Below are positions 40,405-52,192 of a stretch of 64,000 nt of DNA, piece after piece. A model generated the notes under the pieces. That model saw nothing but the letters and a program-made list of their open reading frames with translations. It ran no database searches and was not told the DNA's origin. A program made the position numbers and the translations under genes. The stretch comes from Nitrospirota bacterium (GTDB lineage Bacteria; Nitrospirota; Nitrospiria; Nitrospirales; Nitrospiraceae). The stretch spans positions 160,001 through 224,000 of the forward strand of contig CAVPBK010000006.1 in NCBI GenBank assembly GCA_963701855.1. Reading direction: 5' to 3'. Position 1 is the first letter of the stretch. Each line of letters begins with the position of its first letter.

Positions 40405-40481
40405 GGCTTTCCCCTTTCTGAATTATGACAGGCCCTTAGAGCCGCTATGGGTGAAGAGACTTTCACCGCCAGATGGCTTCA

Positions 40482-40578
40482 TCTCGATTCATTATCAACA
40501 CGTCTGGGTGCTTCGTCAACTCGGTCATTCGAGTGTCCTTGAGTTTGATTTTCATCATTAGCGACACTGGTTCTCAAT
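40482..40578. promoter_or_regulatory. Cluster of Fur-box-like half-sites upstream of bfr
   Basis: Minus strand TTGAGAACCAG, ATGAAAATCAAACTCAA, TTGATAATGAAT. Confidence 0.45.
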
Positions 40579-40678
40579 CTCGTGGCATCATCATGCGACG
40601 ACGGAGGTGCAAATGCCGTGTCCCATTTTCAGGATGGAGGGGAAGGCACGATAGAATGGAGGATGGGTCAGGTCGGAC

Positions 40679-43030
40679 TTATCCTGCTTCGCGGTAGCCG
40701 CACTCTTCGCTACGGCATTGGACACTGCGGCCGACTTGCTTGCTGACTTTCTCGATAAGAAATGGGGCGCTGCAAGTTGGGCAGGTCTTGTTGATCGGGC
40801 GATCCCACAAGGCATATTCGCACGCTGGATACTTACTGCAGGCAAAGAACGAACGCCCTTTTCTTGTGCGCTTCTGGACGAGATCGCCACCACAGCCTGG
40901 CTGAGGACACTTCACACCCAACGAGAGCGGCTTGGTAGTCTTGCACTCCGGATAAGCAGAACATGCGATGAACTTTCCAAACCGCCCGGTCTTGACCACC
41001 ATCGGACTGTTGCACTTCTCGCACTTCTCATCCGTCGTCAACTCAATCTTCGGGACAATTTTAATCGTACCATCCTCGAGCTTCTCGAAGTTCTGCGTAT
41101 TCTTGCAGGGAGGCTTGTCCTTGTACGCAGGGCAGGCGAGAAACTTGCCGTTACGCCCCCATTTAATCTCCATCATTCGGCCGCATTTCTCGCAAGCAAT
41201 ATCCGTCGGCGGCTCCGGGGTGTCCTTGGGACCAGGAATCGTCTTCGCCTTCTCCAAATCCGTCGCGAAAGTCCCGTAAAACTCCCGCACCGCCGTCACC
41301 CACAGCTTGTTGCCTTCTTCGACTTCGTCCAGTTCCATTTCCATATGTGAGGTGAAATCGACGTTGATCAGGTCCGGAAATCCCTTCATCAGAAAATCGT
41401 TCACAGTCCGCCCCGTTTCGGTGGGCGCGAACCGTCCCTCCGTCTTTTCCGCATATTTGCGGTCCTGAATCGTCGAAATGATGCTCGCATAGGTGGATGG
41501 CCTGCCGATGCCTTTTTCTTCCAATTCCTTGATCAGCAAGGCTTCGTTATACCGAGGCGGAGGCTGCGTGAAGTGTTGTTTCGACAGCACGCCGTCGATC
41601 GTCTGTCCCTCCTGGGATACAAGCCGCAGCCGCTCTCCCTCGCTCAGCAGCGGAAGCTGACGCTCAGCCTCGTCCTCGACCTCCTGCTCTTTCTGTTGCT
41701 TCTGCGCAAAGAGTTCCTTGTCGATCCCTTCCATGTAGACAATCGTATGGCCGGGAAATTTCACCACGGTGCCGGTCGAGCGGAATAGAAACTTCTCTTT
41801 TGTCGCGACGGGGCTCGATTCCACTCGAGTCACATCGAGAATCGCAGGGACCATCTGTGACGCAATAAACCGATTCCAGATCAACTGGTACAGCTTATGG
41901 ACATCCGGTTCTAAATACTGCCTGATCGACTCAGGGTCGCGTGCCGCCGATGTGGGGCGAATTGCTTCGTGCGCTTCTTGAGCCGCTTTCTGCGTCTTGT
42001 ACACATTCGGCGTAACGGGCAAGTACTCTGCACCAAACCGCTCCTGAATCACCTGGCGTGCTTCTGTCATTGCCTCGTTTGAAATGCGCGGAGAGTCGGT
42101 CCTCATGTAGGTAATGAGTCCGGTCGGGCCTTCTGTCCCGATTTCGATCCCTTCGTACAGCTTTTGCGCCAGGGTCATCGTTTTCTTCGATGAGAAGTGC
42201 AGCTTGCGCGCGGCCTCCTGTTGGAGCCGGCTGGTGATGAAGGGCGCGACCGGATTTCGTTTCTTTTCTTTTCGTTCGATCGAGTCGACGGCAAACTCTT
42301 TCCCTTGAATACCCAAGACAATGCGCTGGGCATCGGCTTCGGTCGCAAGCGACGCGTCCTGCCCATTAATGCTATGCAGTTTGGCTTCGAATGGCGGGGG
42401 GTTGGCCCCAGCTAACATCACTGCAATCGACCAGTATTCCTCAGCGCGAAAGGCTTCTCGTTCCTGTTCACGTTCGCAAATTAGTCGCATCGCCACGGAC
42501 TGAACCCGACCCATGCTGAGCCCGCGACGCACCTTGGTCCATAGTAATTGACTACCTTGGTATCCGACAATCCGGTCAAGCACTCGGCGGGCCTGCTGCG
42601 CATTCACCAACTTCATATCGACTTGCCCAGGCGCCTGTAGCGCGCGCTTGATGGCCGATTCCGTGATTTCATTGAAGAGCACCCGGAACACCTTGCCCTC
42701 TGTCTTTTTCTTAGACTTTGACTTGGATTTACCGAGCAATTCCTGCTCAAGATGCCACGCGATAGCTTCACCTTCTCGGTCAGGGTCCGGCGCGAGAAAC
42801 ACCTTATCGACCTCTTCTGCCTTTTTCTTAATCTCCGCCAGAACCTTCGATTTACCCTTGATCGTCACATATTGCGGCTCGAAATCGTGCTCCAGATCAA
42901 CGCCAAGCTTACTGGTGGGAAGATCCTTAATATGCCCAACCGAGGCCATGACGGTATAGCCACGCCCCAGATACTTACTGATGGTGCGTGCTTTCGTCGG
43001 GGACTCGACAATAATAAGTGCCTTGGCCAT
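40679..43030 (-). CDS. topA: DNA topoisomerase I
   Basis: IVESPTK, DPDREGE, ITYMRTD, C-terminal Zn ribbons. Confidence 0.96.
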   Translation of the reverse strand: MAKALIIVESPTKARTISKYLGRGYTVMASVGHIKDLPTSKLGVDLEHDFEPQYVTIKGKSKVLAEIKKKAEEVDKVFLAPDPDREGEAIAWHLEQELLGKSKSKSKKKTEGKVFRVLFNEITESAIKRALQAPGQVDMKLVNAQQARRVLDRIVGYQGSQLLWTKVRRGLSMGRVQSVAMRLICEREQEREAFRAEEYWSIAVMLAGANPPPFEAKLHSINGQDASLATEADAQRIVLGIQGKEFAVDSIERKEKKRNPVAPFITSRLQQEAARKLHFSSKKTMTLAQKLYEGIEIGTEGPTGLITYMRTDSPRISNEAMTEARQVIQERFGAEYLPVTPNVYKTQKAAQEAHEAIRPTSAARDPESIRQYLEPDVHKLYQLIWNRFIASQMVPAILDVTRVESSPVATKEKFLFRSTGTVVKFPGHTIVYMEGIDKELFAQKQQKEQEVEDEAERQLPLLSEGERLRLVSQEGQTIDGVLSKQHFTQPPPRYNEALLIKELEEKGIGRPSTYASIISTIQDRKYAEKTEGRFAPTETGRTVNDFLMKGFPDLINVDFTSHMEMELDEVEEGNKLWVTAVREFYGTFATDLEKAKTIPGPKDTPEPPTDIACEKCGRMMEIKWGRNGKFLACPAYKDKPPCKNTQNFEKLEDGTIKIVPKIELTTDEKCEKCNSPMVVKTGRFGKFIACSAYPECKTTKPLSLGVKCPQPGCGGDLVQKRTRKGRSFFACSKYPACEYALWDRPINKTCPTCSAPFLIEKVSKQVGRSVQCRSEECGYREAG

Positions 43031-43105
43031 TAAGACTCCGGTTCGCTAGAATGATTGCCCACTCATCCGTATCAAAAAATACAAGTCTGTGCAACTCTTC
43101 GGCGA

Positions 43106-44224
43106 TTATGCCCGAAGGTAGCGTTGCCCCGGCAGCTGCCTGACTCGCTGTCGAAGCTCCAGGGACAAGAGCGACGCCATCACAATGGATACCGACAACC
43201 CTGTGGCAACGATCACGTCGTCCACTGTGAATGGATCATACGATAGAGCATCATACACTCGTTGTTCCTCTTTGCCTAAATGATCACCGGGCAGGTTCTT
43301 CTCCCGAGAAGGCTGCAAGCGCAGGCGCAACGCCGGTTCCAGCTGCGGCAGGACCGCGTCGATGACATCCTGCGCGCGTTCGATCAAGGCCGCACCCTCT
43401 TTGAGCAATGCATTCGTCCCGCGGCTAGTATCCTCTTTCACAAAACCAGGAACTGCAAACACCTCTCGGCCCTGCTCAGCGGCCAACTTCGCAGTAATCA
43501 GCGATCCGCTGTTGATGGCCGCCTCTGTCACAATCACGCCCAACGACAACCCACTGATAATGCGATTTCGTCGAGGAAAGTGATGGCTGTGGGGTGGCGC
43601 ACCCATCGGCACCTCGGATACAATCGCCCCCCGCTCCTCAATCTGCCGGCGTAACCGCTCATGTTCCGGCGGATAGGTCCGATCGATCCCGCAGCCCAGC
43701 ACCGCAATGGTGCGCCCCTGCGCGGCGAGCGCGCCTCGATGGGCCGCCGCATCGACCCCGCGCGCCAGCCCACTCACCACCGTCATGCCTGCTCCAGCTA
43801 AATCGTGGCTCAACTCTTCAGTCATGGCACGTCCGGCTGGCGTCGCACGCCTCGCGCCCACGATGGCCACCGCCAGTTCATCCTGCTCAGTCAATGTGCC
43901 TGTGATGTACAGGAGTGGCGGAGGGTCTGCAATCATCTTCAGCCGCGCGGGATACGCAGGATCCAAGAGACTACGGACTTCAACGCGCTCACGCTCGATG
44001 GCTTTCAGTTCCCGTTCAATACTTCGGCAAGCGGAACGATCAGGTCCTCGTCGGATCGCATCCGCCAGCTGAGAACTGCATCCCTTTTGAATCAACTCAT
44101 CACGGGAAGCTTGCAGAACAGCATCGGGAGAATGCCAGGCGCGCACTAACCGAAGCACCGTCAGGTCTCCCACTCCATCGATCGCCCGCAGGCGGAGCCA
44201 TGACTCTAATACCTGGCTTATCAT
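43106..44224 (-). CDS. dprA: DNA-processing protein
   Basis: AIVGAR, VSGLARGVD, FPRRNRII, GSLIT. Confidence 0.92.
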   Translation of the reverse strand: MISQVLESWLRLRAIDGVGDLTVLRLVRAWHSPDAVLQASRDELIQKGCSSQLADAIRRGPDRSACRSIERELKAIERERVEVRSLLDPAYPARLKMIADPPPLLYITGTLTEQDELAVAIVGARRATPAGRAMTEELSHDLAGAGMTVVSGLARGVDAAAHRGALAAQGRTIAVLGCGIDRTYPPEHERLRRQIEERGAIVSEVPMGAPPHSHHFPRRNRIISGLSLGVIVTEAAINSGSLITAKLAAEQGREVFAVPGFVKEDTSRGTNALLKEGAALIERAQDVIDAVLPQLEPALRLRLQPSREKNLPGDHLGKEEQRVYDALSYDPFTVDDVIVATGLSVSIVMASLLSLELRQRVRQLPGQRYLRA

Positions 44225-44324
44225 GGACTGAACGGAGGGAAGGCCCGCGGCCTCAGCAGAGGAATCCACACCTACAGACTCGCTGAACGATTGCATACGC
44301 CTTGTCGCACAAGAACCACAATCT

Positions 44325-45845
44325 TTAGAGGACCGCGAGGTCGTACTGTTCCAAATGCAACTGCTCATCCGGCATAACAATGATTTTCGCGGCGCACTCT
44401 CGCTCCACGGCCTCCAGACCTTGGCGCTCTTCATCTTGCAGGAGCCCGACGACCGAGGGGTGGGCGCCGATGACGATTCGCTGCATCTCAGGACTACTGC
44501 CGATCCGGCGGACATCGCGGAATATCTCATAGGCCACTGTGGTCGGAGATTTTGTATAGCCCCGCCCTTCGCAATAGTGACAGGGCTCGGAGAGAGAACG
44601 CAGGAGGTCTTCTCTCACCCGTTCGCGAGAGATCTCGATCAGCCCCAGGTCAGAGATTCTTGACACTCTGGTACGGGCCTTGTCGGTCGACATCGCATCA
44701 AGCAACGCGTGATACACCTTGTCACGATTCTTCTCTCTCTCCATGTCGATGAAATCGACGATGATGATTCCGCCGATTCCACGCAGCTTCATCTGATAAG
44801 CTACTTCTTTTGCCGCCTCCAGATTGTTACGGAGAATGGTCTCCTCCTGATCGCGCTTCCCCACAAACCGTCCAGTGTTGACATCGATGACGGTCATCGC
44901 TTCCGTATGATCGATTACGAGATGTCCACCGGACTTGAGCCAGACTTTGCGGCTGAGAGCCCGTGCCATCTCCTGCTCCACCCCCAGATGATCGAAGAGA
45001 CTTTCATCTTTATCGTACAAATGAATGCGTGACGTTTGCTCCGGCGAGAATCGCTGCACAAAATCCCGAACCGCCTGGTACTCCTCTCGCGAATCGATCC
45101 ATAGCCGATCGACTTTCTTTCCGAAGAGATCACGCACAACCCGAAAGCTCAGGCTCAGATCGGCGTGGAGCAATGCCGGCGCCCCCTTCTGTTCGCGCTT
45201 CGCCAAAATGTCCTGCCAGAGCACGTGCAAAAAATCAACGTCGGATCGCAGCTCGTCTTCTTTGACCCCTTCACTCACTGTGCGGACAATGTACCCGCAG
45301 CCCGGCTGCCGCACCCGCTTCATAATGTCCTTGAGTCGAGCCCGTTCCTCGTCTCGGGCAATGCGGCGGGACACACCGATATGTTCCACATTGGGCATGA
45401 ACACGAGATACCTGCCAGGAAGCGACACATAGGTCGTGACCCGCGAGCCTTTCGTACCGATAGGCCCTTTGGAAATCTGCACCATCAGCTCCTGCCCCTC
45501 ACTCAGCAACTGTTCGATCGGTTTGGAGCTTTGGCGCCGAGGGCCCAGCATATCCCCATCCTTATCAGCATCCTTGTCGTCCTCATCCGCATCCACGAGC
45601 GTGTCTCCTGGCTCGGAATCCAACGACAAATCAGACACGTGCATGAAAGCCGCCTTCGCGAGGCCGATATCCACAAATGCCGCCTGCATGCCAGGCAACA
45701 CTTTCGCCACTTTTCCTTTATAAATGTTCCCGACAAAGTCCTTGTGCTTCGCACGATCCCCGAAGAGATCAGTGACGACTCCGCCGTCCAATACCGCGAC
45801 ACGAGTTTCCTCGCGTGCGACTGTAATCGCAATTTCTACTCCCAT
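44325..45845 (-). CDS. rng: Rne/Rng-family ribonuclease (RNase G-like)
   Basis: GNIYKGKV...AAFVDIG, IDVNTG, DFIDM, CxxC. Confidence 0.92.
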   Translation of the reverse strand: MGVEIAITVAREETRVAVLDGGVVTDLFGDRAKHKDFVGNIYKGKVAKVLPGMQAAFVDIGLAKAAFMHVSDLSLDSEPGDTLVDADEDDKDADKDGDMLGPRRQSSKPIEQLLSEGQELMVQISKGPIGTKGSRVTTYVSLPGRYLVFMPNVEHIGVSRRIARDEERARLKDIMKRVRQPGCGYIVRTVSEGVKEDELRSDVDFLHVLWQDILAKREQKGAPALLHADLSLSFRVVRDLFGKKVDRLWIDSREEYQAVRDFVQRFSPEQTSRIHLYDKDESLFDHLGVEQEMARALSRKVWLKSGGHLVIDHTEAMTVIDVNTGRFVGKRDQEETILRNNLEAAKEVAYQMKLRGIGGIIIVDFIDMEREKNRDKVYHALLDAMSTDKARTRVSRISDLGLIEISRERVREDLLRSLSEPCHYCEGRGYTKSPTTVAYEIFRDVRRIGSSPEMQRIVIGAHPSVVGLLQDEERQGLEAVERECAAKIIVMPDEQLHLEQYDLAVL

Positions 45846-46015
45846 ACCCACTCCTTCCATTCAGTAGAACCATCACATCGACGTGCAGGATGAACGCGGG
45901 AAATCCCCAGGTTTCGGCCTCCACTCGACAACTCGTCGATCTGACGGTTCGTACCCTAGTTTTAATCTCTTGCCTCGATCCCGACTCATTCGAGACCGTG
46001 CGATGGCCCTACTCG

Positions 46016-47131
46016 CTAAAAGAAACTTAATCGACGGCGTTTGACGTTCAAAAGCAGACCCAGAGACGCCATTGTCATAATCGTTGCACTTCCGCCGTAA
46101 CTCATGAGCGGGAGGGGAATTCCCACGATGGGGAACATACCAGCCGTCATACCTATATTAATCACGACGCAAAAAGACAACATGCAGAGGATGCCGACCG
46201 CCAGCAGCGCTCCGAGCTGATCCTTCGCGCGCGCCACAATTTCTAACGACAGCCAGATCAACCCGACAAACAACAGCAAGAGAACCAGCACCCCGAGAAA
46301 TCCCCATTCCTCCGCAAATACCGAAAAGACAAAGTCGGTATGTCCCTCAGGCAAAAACTTCAATTGACTTTGCGTCCCTCCATAGAGCCCTTTCCCTGTC
46401 AACTCTCCCGCTCCAATGGCAATCCGTGACTGGAGAGCATGATATCCCTTGCCTCCAGGATCGTAAACTGGGTCGACAAACGTCATAATGCGCTGCCGCT
46501 GATAATCATGCAATGACCCCCACATCATCTCCCAGGCGAAGGGAAACAACATCAGCGAAAACAGGAGGATGACACCTATCGCCTTCGACCGCATGCCCAC
46601 CATCAGCAACATCGCCGCATAGACTGCCAAGAAGCTCAACCCGCTCCCGAGATCAGGCTGTTTCAAGATCAGGAGCAGCCCCGGCAGCACCAACAGCCCC
46701 GGGAGCACCACTCGTTGGAGCCAACCCACCCGCGGCGCCTGCGAATAGTAGTGCGCCAAAGTCAAAATGAGGATCAGCTTTGCAAACTCCGACGGCTGGA
46801 ACGCAAATGGCCCCATCGGAATCCATCGTTGTGCCCCTCGGCTGCTCTTGCCCTCAAACAGCACGACGGCCAGTAAGATTAAGATAATTACATAGGCAGG
46901 ATACGCTAACCGCGCGATACGATGATAGTCCGAGAGCCACATAACGAGAAACGCTACCGTGCCAAGTAGAATCCACACGATCTGTTTGGCGTAAAACGGG
47001 TAGACAACCCCTTGGTCATGCGTCACGCTATAAATCGACAGTACGCCGATCCCCAGGATGGCAAAGATCAGTCCGATAAAACGGAAATCGAAATTGTCGA
47101 AGCCTCGGCTCATGAACACCCGATCGATCAT
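46016..47131 (-). CDS. rodA: Rod shape-determining protein
   Basis: GAQRW, QPSEFAK, QPDLG, PEGHTDF, SYGGS. Confidence 0.94.
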   Translation of the reverse strand: MIDRVFMSRGFDNFDFRFIGLIFAILGIGVLSIYSVTHDQGVVYPFYAKQIVWILLGTVAFLVMWLSDYHRIARLAYPAYVIILILLAVVLFEGKSSRGAQRWIPMGPFAFQPSEFAKLILILTLAHYYSQAPRVGWLQRVVLPGLLVLPGLLLILKQPDLGSGLSFLAVYAAMLLMVGMRSKAIGVILLFSLMLFPFAWEMMWGSLHDYQRQRIMTFVDPVYDPGGKGYHALQSRIAIGAGELTGKGLYGGTQSQLKFLPEGHTDFVFSVFAEEWGFLGVLVLLLLFVGLIWLSLEIVARAKDQLGALLAVGILCMLSFCVVINIGMTAGMFPIVGIPLPLMSYGGSATIMTMASLGLLLNVKRRRLSFF

Positions 47132-49002
47132 CTCGTTCCCTGTCCTCCGGCATCCCCTGCCTTCGCAACAGCACCATCCTTCACGCCTGAAAGAGTGGGA
47201 AGATTCAATTTTACATAGGTCTCGATCAGCTCTTTGGCGAGAGGCGCCGAGGCAGAACCCCCGTGGCCCATATGCTCTCCCAATACTGCAACGGCGATGG
47301 TGGGCGCATCAACTGGAGCAAATGCGACAAACCAGGCATGATCGCGAAACTTTTTTGGAATATCTTTTTCCGGACCGGTGCGCAATGCCGTCATCTGAGC
47401 TGTACCTGTTTTTCCGGCGATCGTCACCAGCGCCGACTGCGCCCGCGTGCCTGTCCCCTCTTTGACCACCCCCGCCAAGGCCTCTTTAATCACCGGTAAG
47501 ATTCCAGGCCTCAGATTCAACGTGCGCTTGGGAACCGCAGACCGTTGTTGCAGTTCTCCGGTTGCTCGATCCATCACAGCCTGGACCAATCGAGGACGAA
47601 ACATGACGCCGTCGTTTGCAACGGTGCCAATCAAGCTCGCCATTTGCAGCGGGGTCACATTCACGTAGCCTTGTCCGATCGATGCCGAAATCGTTTCGCC
47701 CGGCAGCCAGGCCTCATTCTTGGCCTTCTTTTTCCAAGCCTCGGAAGGTACGATCCCAACCCTTTCAGACGGCAGCTCAATCCCTGTCTCCTCTCCCAAC
47801 CCAAACTGATGGGCAAAGGAGGCCATCGTCTCGATCCCCATCCGCTGCCCAACGGTATAGAAATAGACGTCGCACGAGTGTACGAGCGCATGCCGGAGAT
47901 CCACCGAGCCATGCCCACCAGCTTTCCAATCATGATACACGCGGCGACCGAACTGATACCCTCCATTGCAGTAGATAGATGTCGACGGCGTCACGGTCTT
48001 GGTTTCCAACGCTGCGGCAGCCATCATCACTTTGAAGACCGACCCAGGCGGGTATTGCCCTTGCGAGGCTCGATTGTTCAAGGGGCGCCCCTCGTCTTGC
48101 ACGATCTCGGCCCATTGTTTCGGCGTGAGTTCCCGCGAGAGGATGTTCGGATCGAAACCCGGACGGCTGGCCATGGCCAGCACGTCGCCTGTCCTCGGAT
48201 CAAGTGCGACGATCGCGCCAGATTCCTCCCCCAATAGGTTTTCAGCCACTTTTTGCAGCCGCGCATCAATCGTGAGGTATAAGTTGTCCCCTGCATGGGG
48301 CTGCTCCACAACTACGGTTCGTTTCTCATGACCTACCGCATCGACTTCGATGCTTTTCTGCCCGGCCTGACCGCGCACGAGCCGGTCAAAAAATTTCTCC
48401 ACGCCATATTGCCCGACAATGCTGCCCTGGTGCAGGTCGGCAAATTCAGGTTTCTCTAACTGCTCGGGCGACACTTCGCCGACATAACCCAACAGATGCG
48501 ACGCCGTTATTCCGCCAGGATAGTTCCGCTGCGATTCGACTTGCACCATCACCCCGGGCAAGTCCAGCCGGTGAGACTCGATCAACGTCGCTTCTCGAAG
48601 GGTTAAGCGATCCTTCACCTTACGCGGCAATTGTTTACTGCCGCGAGCCGTGAGCTTCTTCCTCACGAGCACCGCGTCTAGCCCCAGGAGATTACTGAGT
48701 TGATCGATGAGCAGGTCGCGATCTTTGACGTCTTCGAGCGAAACATAGAGCGTAAAGCTGGGAACATTATTCGCCAACAACACCCCATTGCGATCGTAAA
48801 TGAGCCCCCGAGCCGGCTCCATGATGACAGAACGTGTCCGATTGTTCTCCGAGAGATCGCGGTAGTAGGGGCCCTCACGAATCTGCAAGTTCCAGAGCTG
48901 CAGCCCCAGTAACGCCACGACGAGCAACAAGCCGACGCGGAGGATGATCAGTCGGCGTTGGAGTTCCCCAAGTTCAGAATCGTGCAAACCAGCTGTTGCC
49001 AT
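47128..49002 (-). CDS. mrdA: Penicillin-binding protein 2
   Basis: SVFK, SCD and KTG motifs; located between mreD and rodA. Confidence 0.94.
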   Translation of the reverse strand: MATAGLHDSELGELQRRLIILRVGLLLVVALLGLQLWNLQIREGPYYRDLSENNRTRSVIMEPARGLIYDRNGVLLANNVPSFTLYVSLEDVKDRDLLIDQLSNLLGLDAVLVRKKLTARGSKQLPRKVKDRLTLREATLIESHRLDLPGVMVQVESQRNYPGGITASHLLGYVGEVSPEQLEKPEFADLHQGSIVGQYGVEKFFDRLVRGQAGQKSIEVDAVGHEKRTVVVEQPHAGDNLYLTIDARLQKVAENLLGEESGAIVALDPRTGDVLAMASRPGFDPNILSRELTPKQWAEIVQDEGRPLNNRASQGQYPPGSVFKVMMAAAALETKTVTPSTSIYCNGGYQFGRRVYHDWKAGGHGSVDLRHALVHSCDVYFYTVGQRMGIETMASFAHQFGLGEETGIELPSERVGIVPSEAWKKKAKNEAWLPGETISASIGQGYVNVTPLQMASLIGTVANDGVMFRPRLVQAVMDRATGELQQRSAVPKRTLNLRPGILPVIKEALAGVVKEGTGTRAQSALVTIAGKTGTAQMTALRTGPEKDIPKKFRDHAWFVAFAPVDAPTIAVAVLGEHMGHGGSASAPLAKELIETYVKLNLPTLSGVKDGAVAKAGDAGGQGTR

Positions 49003-49042
49003 GCGTCACAATCAACATTCCACAACGCCCATTACAGACCTG

Positions 49043-49534
49043 CTATTCGGTCCTCAGGCGGTTAAGATCAAATCGTCGGGAGAGGAGCCAATAGAACCCC
49101 GCCCCCATCACCCCGTCAAAACATGCCTGCGGAAACACAATGGACTGGACCATCCACCACACCTGAGACACATCGAAACCCTTGAAACTCATCGCGGCAA
49201 GCAGCCCGCTCGCCAACGATACCAGCAGCAACCCTGCACCCAGTGAAATCGCGGTCACCTGCGACACTTGCCGCCCCAGGAATCCTGCCAAGAGGCCAAC
49301 GCCCCCGTTCGTGAGAAGACTCAGCCAAAGCTCGCCGGCTGAGAACAGACTCAAGACCCATCCAATTGCGAGCCCCACGAGAAGGCCTTCCAGTTCAGCG
49401 GCAAAAAGCCCGACGAGTGCAGCGGCCACAAGCCCCAAATCAGGTTTGATATTCCATACGCTCAGATGTGGCAGCAGCGTCGTCTGCAAGGGGACAAGCA
49501 GCAACACGAGTATGAGATAGAAGAGGAGTTTCAT
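49043..49534 (-). CDS. mreD: Rod shape-determining protein MreD
   Basis: Hydrophobic, PDL motif, position in the operon. Confidence 0.75.
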   Translation of the reverse strand: MKLLFYLILVLLLVPLQTTLLPHLSVWNIKPDLGLVAAALVGLFAAELEGLLVGLAIGWVLSLFSAGELWLSLLTNGGVGLLAGFLGRQVSQVTAISLGAGLLLVSLASGLLAAMSFKGFDVSQVWWMVQSIVFPQACFDGVMGAGFYWLLSRRFDLNRLRTE

Positions 49535-50412
49535 GGCGCTGACTTCTCGATCAGATCCGCTCCCGCCCCAGCCTTCGTGGCCTGTCCATACGACGTCTGA
49601 ATTACCAACACTTCCTCCACACGACCGACATCGACTTCCGGCATGAGTTCGGCGGACTGGAAAAGGGCGCCTTCCTGTTTATCGATGCTCGTGATCGTGC
49701 CGATCACGAGCCCGCGGGGGAAGTCTCCGATAAGGCCAGAGGTCACGATTCGATCACCGTCTCGGAGCGTCGACAACAACGGAATGTACTTCATCTGGGC
49801 CAGCCCTTGTTGAGTCCCTTCCACAATGCCTTCATCTCTCGTCCTCTGGATGAGACCAGCGATGGCGTTGTTCGGATCAGTCACCAAGAGCACCACCGAA
49901 GACGCCCCTGTCGTTTTCACAACGCGCCCGACAACACCGGCTGGTGTGACCACTCCCATATCCGGCTTAATCCCATCGCTCTCGCCCTTATTGAGAATAA
50001 GGGCACGATACCGATTCGTGGCATCACGCCCGACGACTTGAGCGGCTATCATTGTAGGGAGCGCCTGCTCCTTAAAATGCAGCAAGGCCGTCAATCGTTC
50101 TGTCGCGGCGGCTGATTCGCGCAACTGGCTATGTTGGCCGCGCAGCCATTCGATTTCTTTCCGTAGTTGCTGGTTCTCTTCCTGCACCCCTTGCAACGCC
50201 ACGTACCGCTCCCAACGATCGGCAATGCCGGCATCGATGGACGCAATGGTTTCAAGTGGAATACGTACCACGTATCCGACCGGCCCACCTAGATACTGCA
50301 AGAGTCCTTGGATTTGACTGGGAAACAGAAAAAGAGCCACCAGCAGGAGGGCAAAGCAGGCAAGCGCAATACGTCTGGCACCGTAGGGAGAACTAGAATG
50401 AGCCATCCACAT
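49531..50412 (-). CDS. mreC: Rod shape-determining protein MreC
   Basis: TM plus coiled coil, GVVGRV, VTSG...FP.GL.IG. Confidence 0.92.
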   Translation of the reverse strand: MWMAHSSSPYGARRIALACFALLLVALFLFPSQIQGLLQYLGGPVGYVVRIPLETIASIDAGIADRWERYVALQGVQEENQQLRKEIEWLRGQHSQLRESAAATERLTALLHFKEQALPTMIAAQVVGRDATNRYRALILNKGESDGIKPDMGVVTPAGVVGRVVKTTGASSVVLLVTDPNNAIAGLIQRTRDEGIVEGTQQGLAQMKYIPLLSTLRDGDRIVTSGLIGDFPRGLVIGTITSIDKQEGALFQSAELMPEVDVGRVEEVLVIQTSYGQATKAGAGADLIEKSAP

Positions 50413-50433
50413 AAGGAAATTCGGGATGGAACC

Positions 50434-51501
<1,068 letters not shown>

Positions 51502-51520
51502 TCAAACTCCGACAGCGCAC

Positions 51521-51979
51521 TCAGTCAGGCGACGCCAGACGACCAATATCCAACACCTGGGTACCAGCCACTTCGTCACCAAGACGCCGCCCCTGTTCGT
51601 TCCCGATAATCAATACCGCTTCGAACACAATGATTGCTGCCGACACAATCCATCCCACATACGGAACGACGAAGGCTGCCTGAGCCACTGCAAATGGCAG
51701 ATTACGGATAATGGATTCACGAAATCCTGCTGCCTCGCCCAGATTTGGAAGCACCGTCTGGAGGCCAATCAACCGCTTACCGATACTGCGCCCACCCCCA
51801 AATCCATCAGCGATCAGTATATACGCCAATCCGCCAAGAAAACCTACCGGCATGAACATTTGACCAGCTGCTGCGACGATAAGCAAATCGATCAGCTTGG
51901 CGATACCACGGTTCAGCACCTGCGCCTTGGGATAAATCCCGGCTCCGATTGAATGAACCCCTCTGACCTCCTCCGCCAA
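51521..51979 (-). CDS. RDD-family membrane protein
   Basis: R..A.LID, SIGK, RN, RLGD..AGT.V. Confidence 0.85.
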   Translation of the reverse strand: MAEEVRGVHSIGAGIYPKAQVLNRGIAKLIDLLIVAAAGQMFMPVGFLGGLAYILIADGFGGGRSIGKRLIGLQTVLPNLGEAAGFRESIIRNLPFAVAQAAFVVPYVGWIVSAAIIVFEAVLIIGNEQGRRLGDEVAGTQVLDIGRLASPD

Positions 51980-52192
51980 GGGATCTCCTTACAATTAGTG
52001 GCAAAGTATAACAAATCGGACTACCTAGCACAAACAAAGACCATTCTTCGACAGATCAGGCCTTGTGAGTGATATTTCTCGTCTTCACGAACTGCCAGCT
52101 CTACTCGATGTAGTTTTGGGGAAAGGTCGTCTCTTGCCTTTGGACAGATCCCTGAGTAGAATTCGTCCCTACAAATTTTCCGAAAGGTTGTC

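Noticed and set aside
40405..40678. bfd ferredoxin gene upstream of bfr
   Set aside because: No small ORF with the Bfd Cys pattern found on the minus strand
43106..44530. 474-aa extended DprA, and extended starts for the porin, fur and ileS
   Set aside because: Extensions overlap neighbouring genes or regulatory DNA; downstream starts match family N-termini and, in several cases, an RBS
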